In this document: positions 1 to 8,355 of the stretch, piece after piece
Layout of the letters: every line of letters begins with the position of its first letter
Numbering within the stretch: position 1 is the stretch's first letter
DNA from: Pelagomonas calceolata
Lineage: Eukaryota
Length of the DNA: 64,000 nt
NCBI GenBank assembly: GCA_918797485.1
Contig: CAKKNE010000004.1
Span: 3,534,001 to 3,598,000, forward strand
Direction: 5' to 3'
Notes under the pieces: model-generated
The model's database searches: none
What the model was told of the DNA's origin: nothing
The model's input: the letters and a program-made list of their open reading frames with translations, nothing else
Program-made: the position numbers and the translations under genes

Positions 1-1
1 C

Positions 2-3000
2 AAGCCGGACGGGTACTGCGGCTTCGGCGGGGAGTCGAACTGCATGTTGTATTTCTCGGTCCAATGGATCGCCGGCGTCGTCTTCTGGTTCGAGGTCCAG
101 ATCAAGTGGACGGGCTGGGGCAAGACGATGTATTTTAAGGACTACTTCAACTGGCTCGACGTCTTTTTGCTGGGCTTCTGGGTCATGAACACGCTGATGT
201 TGGTGTTGTTCGCGGGCGGGTCGGGGGGCGGCGGCCTCGGGGCCCTCAAATCCCTAAAGGCGCTGAAGTCGCTCAAGTCGCTCAAATCCCTGAAGGCCCT
301 GAAGTCGCTCAAGTCGCTTAAAGTACTGCGATTATTGAAATGCGCGAAGTACATCGACCCGTTGATGTACCAGATCAAGCGCTGGTTCCTGCGGTGGATC
401 GCCGACGACAAATTGGCGTCCAAGGAACTATTAGCGAAGAAGAAGGAGACCATGTCCGAGTGGCGCGCGGAGCGGTCCCTCCCGGCGAAGATCGAGAACC
501 TGAAGAAGGGCTTCCAGCACGCGAAGCGCGAGTACTCGGTCTGCTTCGACGAGTTCGAGCGGGATCATGAATTACAAATTACGAACTTTGAGGCCGTCGT
601 CGACACGGCCGCTTTATCATATCTAGTGGCGCAGTTCAAGAGTAACGCGCCGTTCTGGCGCCTCGTGTTGCTGAGCGAGACGGCGGTGTTCTGCGTCATC
701 GTGACGTGGCTGAAGGCGTCGCAGCCGCCCTGGGCGATATGTCTCGGTGGAGCTTTGGTTAGATCGTTGTACGCCTTCGCTACCTTCATGAAGAAGCCCT
801 ACCTCTACGTGCGCGAGGGGCAGGTCGACGTGCAGACGAGGACGGTCACGATCCTCTTGATGATCTTCGGCGCCATCCTCGACAAGGATTTGCGAGATCA
901 GCGAGGCACGAAACCCGAACACGAAGCGGCCTACGCCGAGCACAAGGCAAAATTTGCGACGGAGTCCGCGCGGACCGCGATCAACACCTGGGCGTTGTTG
1001 CTCATGGCCTTTAACTGGTTACGGTTGGCCTACCTGTGCCGCTTCCACGAGATGCTGCGGGACTTCCGGGACTTTTTAGTATTCCAGGCCGACGCGCAAG
1101 TTGTCAGTCTGTTAATCTCGTACGTGGACTGGAAGTGCTACGCCTTCGAGGACTCGAATTATGGATTGCAGATGATGCGGCAGTGGGACGCGTTAATAGA
1201 CAGACACCAGGCGACGATGTACTCCGTGCCCTGGTTATCCCCGCGACCGGCGAATTTGCTGTCCTGGTACGAGACGCTCGTGGTCATCCGGTGGGCGGCG
1301 ATCCGAGACATAAGGGTGACGACGATGCGGACGCCGACGGGGCAGTGCATCTTGCACTCGGCCATGCTGAAGGGCGAGCCCGAGGTCGTGGCGTGGTTGC
1401 TGTACAACCATCCCGAGTTACTGGCGGTCACGGACGACCAGCGCGACTCGCCCGTGATTATTTGTTTGAAGGAGCTAAGTGCTACATTACTCAGACACCA
1501 CAAGAAGCCCTCGGACAAGACGGCCTGGAAGCGCGCGAAACTAGCGGAAATTTTATTGAGCGACCAGGTCCAGCAGTTTAGGGTTCCGTGGAATTTGACG
1601 CATTTCCGGGGTCTCGGCGACATCGCCGTGCCGCTGCTGGGCGAGCTGGCCCAGCAGATGGCGCTGGCCTTCAACCTGACGCCGCCGGCGGGCTTCGTGC
1701 GCATCTCGAAGTGGCACAAGTACCCCGGCGACATTCCCAACTTCCTGGCGCAGTGCTACGTGGCTTGTCGCGATAGTGTGGATGCGCCGCGATGCGAACT
1801 GGGCGACCTGGGCCGGGTCACGTTCCAGGCCCTGATGCGCGCGCTGGAGATGCGCCAGACGACGATCACGATCTCGTCGAACTTTTTTAATTGTTATCCG
1901 ATTAGTATCGTGCGCATCGACGCTCGAGCGAATAGATTAGATTCAGAAACAGCATCGTACGCCGCGCACGCCGTGTCCCGCAATTCGGCTTTGACATATT
2001 TAGATCTGAGGCAGAACAACATCGACGACGAAGGAGGTGTCGAACTGGCGAAGGCGCTGGGCAAGAGCACCTCGTTGACGCTCTTCTCCATCGCCTCGAA
2101 TCGCCTCGGGCCGCCGGCCGGGTTGGCCTTGGGCAACGCCCTGAGGAAGCACCCGTCCCTCAAGACGCTGAACGTGGCCAACAATAGGTTAGGACCCAGG
2201 CTCATGTACACGAACGAGTTTACAAAGAAGAGCACGCCGTCGAGCGGGCCGCAATTATGCCGAGGCTTGAGGTACAACACGGTCTTAACCTCGTTGGATG
2301 TGAGCGACAACAGTTTGGGACGGGACGCGGCGAAGTCCCTGGACAACGCGTTCCGGAAGAACCCCGAGAGCGCCTTGCGAGTCTTGGGCTTCGCGGGAAA
2401 TGATTTAAGGCAGGAGGGCGGGAGATATCTGGCCCACTGTCTGAAGACCCGAGTGCAGTTGACGGCTCTCGACGCGTCGCGCAATAGACTGGGAGTGGCG
2501 GCGGGCGTGGCCTTTGCCGGCGCGATCAAGAAGAACTCGGCGCTCTGCCATTTGAACCTCGAGAAGAACGGCCTGGGGACGAAGGGCGGCAAGAGTATCG
2601 CGGTGGCCGTGCAGGACAACCACGCCCTCGTGTCGCTGGACCTCTCGGATAACGGGTTCGGGCCCGACGTGCTGCGAGCCTTCTCCGCGGCTTTGCTCAA
2701 GCAGGACACGCTGACCTACCTGGACCTGTCGGACCCGACCGGCAACAATTTGACCACGACGACGTATCTAGGCGGCGCTGTGGAAATGTCCGGAGGCATG
2801 CTCGCGTCGATGGTGCAAGGGAACAAAGTCTTAGCCGCCTTGGATTTAGGTGGAATTGAGTACGAGACCGAGGAATTACTAGCGGCGCTGACGGGCTTCG
2901 CGAAGAACACGGCGTTAAGGGACATCGGCTTCCGGGGCCAGCCCTTCGACAACGCGTCGGCATTGACGTTGTGCAACACGCTCGAGATCCACCGGCACCG

Positions 3001-4543
3001 GGAGGCGGCGCGCGACGAGAAGCTGGCAGCGCAGGGCGAGACCTTTGAGACCAGGGCGGCGAAACGGAAGCTCACGGTCGTCGATTCGACGCAATGGGCG
3101 GGCCTGGAGCGCATTGACCTGAGCGACTGTCGGATCGGGCCGCGGACGGGGCCCGTCACCGTTGCTGCTTTATTTAGCCTGCCCCACGTCAAGGACGTGT
3201 TATTGTCAGGTAACGATCTAGGCGCGAAATTAGCCGAGAGAGTAGCGGACCTGTTTTTGGACGACGACTGCGAGGTCGAGTCGCTGGACATCTCGCGGAA
3301 CAGGCTGTCGGACGTCGGGGGCGGCCAGGTCGCGCGCGCGCTGGAGCACAACGTCACGCTGACGGACATGGACCTAAGTGAGAACCAGCTCACGGGCCGC
3401 GTCGGTATCGCGATCGCCGACGCGACCATCGAATTGGTCGAGTCGGGCTTCGTCGCGCGGCCGGCGCACATCGTGCGCCTGTGTCTCGCGAACAACCCGC
3501 TCGGCACGGACGCGGCCATCGAATTATTTAGGGCGATGCGCAACCCGGTCTGTCGGGATATTGATTTGAGCTTCTGCGAGATCGGGCCCGGGGCGGGCCG
3601 GGACTGCGGTCTATGTCTGAGACGGTCCGTGGTCCAGTGGACGCGGCTGAACCTCGAGGGGAACAACCTGGGCAAGGACGGCGCGAACCCCATCTTCTGG
3701 GCGTTGAGGGTGAACTGCACGCTGACGGAGCTATTGATGTCCGATAATAAGATAGGGGGCGACTTCGGTACCGATAGAGACAAGATGGGCGAGCACGGGA
3801 ATTCGCTCGCGGGGGCCATCGAGTACAATTACACGTTAAGAAGGATGGACCTGGCGCGGAATGATCTATCAAGGGAGTGCGCGACGTGCGTGGCCCACGC
3901 GCTGCTCGAGAACCCGTGCCTGGTCGCGTTCAACTTCGAGCGGAACTCGTTCGACGCGGGCGCGGCGGACCAGCTGGCCACGCGCCTCGCGACGGACGGC
4001 CAGATCAAGTTTTTGAACTTGCGGTGCAACCACGTGAGCTGGACGGGCGCGGTGCGCTTCGCCGCAGCATTGGAAACGAACATCGGATTACTGCACCTCG
4101 ACCTGGGCTACAACGGCGCCGGGAGCTGCGGCCCCGTCGCGGGCCGGGCCCTCGCGTCGGCGATCGAGAAGAACGAGAATTTGCGGCACCTGGACCTCGA
4201 GGGCAACGAGCTGGGCCCGGAGTCGGGCGTCGCGCTCGCGACGGCCATCACGCGGAACAACACGCTCCGCTACCTGAACGTGCGCAACAACCGCTTCGAC
4301 GCGCGGACGGGCGAGAGGTGGCTCGCGGGCGTGACCGCGAATTTGGGGCTGATGGAGATCTGCTTCTCGGTCGTCGAGATCGGCGACGACAACTTCCAGA
4401 AGGTCGCGCGCGTGATGAAGGAGCGCGCGTCCGTGGCGGGCATGGAGGACCCCGACGTTCCCAGTGGTGGGAACACCGACGTGTTCGCGCTGGCGGAGGT
4501 CGACTCGGACAGCCCGTCGGACTCGGACTCGTCCTACGATTGA
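2..4543 (+). CDS. 5'-partial large membrane protein: ion-channel voltage-sensor-like TM segment with extended S4, further TM helices, ankyrin-like repeat, long RNI-like LRR array
   Basis: The frame is open from position 2, so the gene starts upstream of the window. YFKDYFNWLDVF is followed by an (xLK)n S4-like run. GQCILHSAMLKGEPEVVAWLL is ankyrin-like. There are many LxxLDLxxNxLGxxG repeats. Stop TGA at 4541-4543. Confidence 0.8.
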   Translation, partial: KPDGYCGFGGESNCMLYFSVQWIAGVVFWFEVQIKWTGWGKTMYFKDYFNWLDVFLLGFWVMNTLMLVLFAGGSGGGGLGALKSLKALKSLKSLKSLKALKSLKSLKVLRLLKCAKYIDPLMYQIKRWFLRWIADDKLASKELLAKKKETMSEWRAERSLPAKIENLKKGFQHAKREYSVCFDEFERDHELQITNFEAVVDTAALSYLVAQFKSNAPFWRLVLLSETAVFCVIVTWLKASQPPWAICLGGALVRSLYAFATFMKKPYLYVREGQVDVQTRTVTILLMIFGAILDKDLRDQRGTKPEHEAAYAEHKAKFATESARTAINTWALLLMAFNWLRLAYLCRFHEMLRDFRDFLVFQADAQVVSLLISYVDWKCYAFEDSNYGLQMMRQWDALIDRHQATMYSVPWLSPRPANLLSWYETLVVIRWAAIRDIRVTTMRTPTGQCILHSAMLKGEPEVVAWLLYNHPELLAVTDDQRDSPVIICLKELSATLLRHHKKPSDKTAWKRAKLAEILLSDQVQQFRVPWNLTHFRGLGDIAVPLLGELAQQMALAFNLTPPAGFVRISKWHKYPGDIPNFLAQCYVACRDSVDAPRCELGDLGRVTFQALMRALEMRQTTITISSNFFNCYPISIVRIDARANRLDSETASYAAHAVSRNSALTYLDLRQNNIDDEGGVELAKALGKSTSLTLFSIASNRLGPPAGLALGNALRKHPSLKTLNVANNRLGPRLMYTNEFTKKSTPSSGPQLCRGLRYNTVLTSLDVSDNSLGRDAAKSLDNAFRKNPESALRVLGFAGNDLRQEGGRYLAHCLKTRVQLTALDASRNRLGVAAGVAFAGAIKKNSALCHLNLEKNGLGTKGGKSIAVAVQDNHALVSLDLSDNGFGPDVLRAFSAALLKQDTLTYLDLSDPTGNNLTTTTYLGGAVEMSGGMLASMVQGNKVLAALDLGGIEYETEELLAALTGFAKNTALRDIGFRGQPFDNASALTLCNTLEIHRHREAARDEKLAAQGETFETRAAKRKLTVVDSTQWAGLERIDLSDCRIGPRTGPVTVAALFSLPHVKDVLLSGNDLGAKLAERVADLFLDDDCEVESLDISRNRLSDVGGGQVARALEHNVTLTDMDLSENQLTGRVGIAIADATIELVESGFVARPAHIVRLCLANNPLGTDAAIELFRAMRNPVCRDIDLSFCEIGPGAGRDCGLCLRRSVVQWTRLNLEGNNLGKDGANPIFWALRVNCTLTELLMSDNKIGGDFGTDRDKMGEHGNSLAGAIEYNYTLRRMDLARNDLSRECATCVAHALLENPCLVAFNFERNSFDAGAADQLATRLATDGQIKFLNLRCNHVSWTGAVRFAAALETNIGLLHLDLGYNGAGSCGPVAGRALASAIEKNENLRHLDLEGNELGPESGVALATAITRNNTLRYLNVRNNRFDARTGERWLAGVTANLGLMEICFSVVEIGDDNFQKVARVMKERASVAGMEDPDVPSGGNTDVFALAEVDSDSPSDSDSSYD

Positions 4544-4565
4544 GCCTAACTAGTTTTGTGTACTC

Positions 4566-7500
4566 TTACGTGAGGCCTAGCGCGAGCGCCGCCACGACGC
4601 ACGCCAGGGCCAGCGACGGCCGCAGCAGCCCCGCGCCCTCGCGCTGGGTGTTGTACTCGCAGTACTCGCCCATGTGCAGGTCGCTGTGGCACCAGCAGCC
4701 CGTGAGCCGCACGATGAAGTCGCGCACGAGCGGCTCCTCCTTGAACGTCACCGCGGCGGCGCGCGTGGCCCGGAAGCGGCCCACCAGCGACCGCGGGTCC
4801 GCCGTCGCGCTCACGTTCGTGGCGTTGTAGACCGTCATGTGGAAGTACTTCCGACCGGTTTTTTCGAAGAGCGCCCGCTTCGACAGCGGGTGCGCGAAGG
4901 AGTCGTCCACGCTGTGGCCCAGGGCCACGGGGTCCTCGAGGAAGGCCGTCCCGTTCTCGGCCTCGAAGAACGAGTCGGACTTGTCGCCGCGGCCGAAGAG
5001 GGGCGACGGGCAGAAGCCCCCGAGCGCGTCGTTGGCGCCGGAGTCGGGGTCGCACTCATACGGGTTCGCCGCCGAGCCCTTGTCGTCCATCCGTTTGGAG
5101 CGGAGCATCTCGGCCGAGCACGTCGGCCGCCGCCACGGCACGCCGAAGCGCGAGCCCGCCCGGTCCTTCTCGGGCCAGCCCGAGGGGCCGTCTTCGATCG
5201 TCGAGTAGGCGGCGACCTGTGTGGAAATCAAAATTTTACGGCGCGTTCGTGCTGAATCATCGCATCGTCCTCCACGCCATCGACGCGACGCCTGCTCGAT
5301 GGCGTGGCGATGCCAGTTCCTCACCGCTCGACCGAGCCAGGACGGCCACGTCATCGCCGAGAAATGACTTAGTGAAGAATTGTCGGTGCACCCGACGCAC
5401 TGGTTGATTTCCACACAGGCGGCGACGCCGCCCGTGCGCGTGGGGCACATGATGCCGTCGAGCTCGCAGAGGATGTTCGCCTCGCTGCGGAACATCGTGA
5501 GCTGGGGCCCCAGGTCCTCGCCCTCGAGGTAGCCGGGGTCGCCGCCGATGAAGTAGAGCGTCGGCACGCGCGCGACCTCGATCTTATTCCCGGCGGGCCG
5601 CCGCGTCTGGGGGTCCTCGTTCCGGGAGGCGCAGTCGGTCGGGCTCAGCAGCCCGGCCGGCGCGCCGTAGGTTCCCCTCTCGGGCCGCCCGCAGACGGGG
5701 ACGTCGTGGCGGTAGAAGAAGGGCACCATCGTGTGGCTGTACTTCCCCAAAAAGAAGTCCTCGTTCGCCTCCTGAATTTTAAAAATTTCGAGCGTCGAGC
5801 AGATGTAGCGTTCCGAACCCTCGGCCATGCCCACCTGCGCCCAGTCCAGGCCGTCGCGCGACCACCAGAGGTCCGCGTAGGCGTCGACCATCTTCGTGAC
5901 CGCGATGCCCTGCTTGCCGACGTAGCCGCCGCCCGTGAGCCACATGCGCGGCGCCAACCTTCCGTCGTGGCGGTACCGCGCGTCGCCGAACTCCTCGGCG
6001 TGCGGCGTGGCGTCGTGCATGCGCGCGTTGAACGCGATGTCCGAATATATATCGGACGGCTCGGACCACGCGACGAGCGAGTGCCACGCGCGCGCGGGCC
6101 ACGGCGCGAACTCCGCCTTCAACGTCCAGTTCGCGCCGTCGAGCGAGTACCAGACGTCGTTCCGCGCCTTCTGCCCGTCGAAGAGCGGGTGGCGCTCGGG
6201 CCAGCCCGCGAGCCCGCCCGTCAGGAACAGCGCCTCCTGGCTCCCGTTGAACGGGCCCTTGAGGACCTTGTGGGGCCCCTTTTCGGGTTCAAATTCCACG
6301 ACGGTCGTCAGTCCCCGCTCGAGCTGGCTGATCTTGCACGTCTTCGGAACTTCGAGGACGTCCCCGACGCGAACTTTTTTGCACTGCACCTCCGGCACGC
6401 GCTGGGTCTGGAAGGTGTAGCCCCAGCCGTTCTTGCGGCTGAACTGGACCGTGACGCCCGCGCCCGCGCGCGGCGCCCAGCGCCGCGCGTCGCTCACGGG
6501 ATTCCAGCTCTCGGGGTAGTCGAAGAGCCCCGTCGCCGGCGCGACGAGCTCCCAGCTCATCTCCCACTTCTCTCGGACCACATACTCGTCGAGCTCCCCC
6601 AACCAAAAGACGTCGCGCCGGTCGTCGAGCTTCTCGTAGCCCCGCCACTCGAAGGTCCCCGCCCAGACGTCGTTCGTCAGGGGGCTCCCGCCCATGATGA
6701 AGAGGCGCCCCCGGAACATGGCCGACGAGTGGTAGCCCCGGGCCGGCCACGGCGCCTCGCCGACGAACCACCAGCTCACGCCGTCGCGCGACGCCCAGAC
6801 GTCCCGGTCCGGCTTCGGCGTGAAGCCCCCGAGCAGAATCATGGCGTCGACCTCCGCCCGGTCCTCGGCGACGATGCACGGCACGTGCGTGCGCTGGGGC
6901 GTCCACTTCAGGTTGCCGCCGATGCCCTCGTTGTCGTTCGTGACGGCGGCCGCGAGGACGTCGTCGTAGAGCTGGCCCCGGTACGGGCCGCTCAGGAACT
7001 CTCCAAACTGTTTCTCGATGCCCCGCGGTTCGCCCGAGCAGTCGCGGAGGGACCCGCCCTTGTTCTCCTCCGTGTAGGCGCAGGGGCGCGTCTCGGAATC
7101 GGCGCTGTCCGGGTCCACGTAGGCCCAGTCGACATCCTCCTTCCGCGGCTCGTTGCCCGTCCACGACGGGAACACTTGAAAGCAGTCCGTCTTCTCGTCG
7201 AGCTGGTAGTCCAAATACGCGTCCCGGACCGCCTGCCAGCCCAGACCCTGGGCCTGCGCCGCCCGGCACGCGTCGCTGGCCACCGAGGGGTCCTGGGCAC
7301 ACTCCAACAAATCCTGCCTACAAATACAGCACTGGTCGCCGCCGTCCTGGCGGCAGTCCTTGCCCTCGTCGACCGCGTCGCTTCCCCTCACCTCGTCCGC
7401 CATGACGACGGTCACGTTGTCCTTGCGCGTCTTGTATTGGTCCCGGTCCAATCTAACTGTAGCCACGACGACGTCCAGCGAGTGGCCGAAGCGCTCCCAG

Positions 7501-8012
7501 AAGGGCGCGATGTCGCCCGGCTGCTGGACGTCCTCCATGAGGAACGCGCTCGACGTGCGCCTGACGAAATCCCCCCGCAACTGCCTCAGCTGCTGCCAGT
7601 CGTTCTTCTCGATCGTGTAGATCCAGACGTCGGCGAGGCGCGACGTCCGCTGGAAGTTCCACTTCTCGTACTGGTCCGTGCGCCCGCCGACGACGTAAAT
7701 CGCCAACTCGGCCGGGCTGTCGGCGTCGGCGCGGTAGGGGAAGACGACGGACGCGTGGCCGTGGCGCGGCGTGAAGGTCGTGGTCGCCGGCGTGACCTCG
7801 GCGAAGCGCGTGCAGCGCCCGCCCTTGGCCTCGTTGCACGTCTCGCACTCGCGGATGCCCGCCTGGGCCGCCTTGAAGCAATTCTCCCTCTCCTTCCGGG
7901 TCTGGGCCTTCTTCGGCCAGCACTCGTCGCCGTAGAGCTCCTCCATGATGTACGTGGGCAGCGCCGCTTCCGTAAAGCGGAGGAGGAGGAGGGCGTACGC
8001 GAGGCGTGCCAT
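4566..8012 (-). CDS. Secreted or membrane-anchored Kelch/beta-propeller-like protein with a C-terminal EGF-like motif; one introner intron (5217-5426)
   Basis: Signal peptide MARLAYALLLLRFTEA. Repeated WxxRxxH...GG...NDVWxSxDG motifs. C-terminal GCWCHSDLHMGEYCE and a hydrophobic tail. The track ORF reads through the 210-nt intron in frame. Confidence 0.75.
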   Translation of the reverse strand: MARLAYALLLLRFTEAALPTYIMEELYGDECWPKKAQTRKERENCFKAAQAGIRECETCNEAKGGRCTRFAEVTPATTTFTPRHGHASVVFPYRADADSPAELAIYVVGGRTDQYEKWNFQRTSRLADVWIYTIEKNDWQQLRQLRGDFVRRTSSAFLMEDVQQPGDIAPFWERFGHSLDVVVATVRLDRDQYKTRKDNVTVVMADEVRGSDAVDEGKDCRQDGGDQCCICRQDLLECAQDPSVASDACRAAQAQGLGWQAVRDAYLDYQLDEKTDCFQVFPSWTGNEPRKEDVDWAYVDPDSADSETRPCAYTEENKGGSLRDCSGEPRGIEKQFGEFLSGPYRGQLYDDVLAAAVTNDNEGIGGNLKWTPQRTHVPCIVAEDRAEVDAMILLGGFTPKPDRDVWASRDGVSWWFVGEAPWPARGYHSSAMFRGRLFIMGGSPLTNDVWAGTFEWRGYEKLDDRRDVFWLGELDEYVVREKWEMSWELVAPATGLFDYPESWNPVSDARRWAPRAGAGVTVQFSRKNGWGYTFQTQRVPEVQCKKVRVGDVLEVPKTCKISQLERGLTTVVEFEPEKGPHKVLKGPFNGSQEALFLTGGLAGWPERHPLFDGQKARNDVWYSLDGANWTLKAEFAPWPARAWHSLVAWSEPSDIYSDIAFNARMHDATPHAEEFGDARYRHDGRLAPRMWLTGGGYVGKQGIAVTKMVDAYADLWWSRDGLDWAQVGMAEGSERYICSTLEIFKIQEANEDFFLGKYSHTMVPFFYRHDVPVCGRPERGTYGAPAGLLSPTDCASRNEDPQTRRPAGNKIEVARVPTLYFIGGDPGYLEGEDLGPQLTMFRSEANILCELDGIMCPTRTGGVAACVEINQCVGCTDNSSLSHFSAMTWPSWLGRAVRNWHRHAIEQASRRWRGGRCDDSARTRRKILISTQVAAYSTIEDGPSGWPEKDRAGSRFGVPWRRPTCSAEMLRSKRMDDKGSAANPYECDPDSGANDALGGFCPSPLFGRGDKSDSFFEAENGTAFLEDPVALGHSVDDSFAHPLSKRALFEKTGRKYFHMTVYNATNVSATADPRSLVGRFRATRAAAVTFKEEPLVRDFIVRLTGCWCHSDLHMGEYCEYNTQREGAGLLRPSLALACVVAALALGLT
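5217..5418. mobile_element. Introner element, long family (202 bp), MITE-like
   Basis: Perfect 15-bp TIRs CTGTGTGGAAATCAA (5217-5231) / TTGATTTCCACACAG (5404-5418). Perfect 8-bp TSD GCGGCGAC (5209-5216, 5419-5426). Minus-strand GT..AG intron 5426->5217 restores TRTGG|VAAYST. Internal 12-bp stem 5272-5283/5296-5307. Confidence 0.95.
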
Positions 8013-8355
8013 GGCTGCCCGTCCGCTATCGAGGCTGCCGCCGGGGCATTCTTTTGCTGCCCTGGTTACTCGTCGATGGAGCGCGTCTGAGCACGCACAG
8101 AGGAGCGCTGCCGGACCGAAAAAACCTAGTGCGTCGAAAACTCTAGCTAAATTACTAATCCGCCGAGATCTCACCGGGAGTGGGGCGTGGCGATTGTCAA
8201 GGGTCGGGCCGAGTGCCTACTGGCTTTGTTGGAGTGTACGGTGCCGAACGCGGCCGCGGTCCAAGCTCGCCTGCGGGAAGTCGCGGGGCAAATTGATTGA
8301 ACGGGCGCAATAGCGGTTTGTGTCGTATAACAATCAACCTTACTACCGCCCAGCT

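Noticed and set aside
5706..8090. 794-aa plus-strand ORF and many other long overlapping ORFs
   Set aside because: Antisense or off-frame shadows of real GC3-rich genes, with Arg/Ala/Gly/Pro-rich translations and no motifs.
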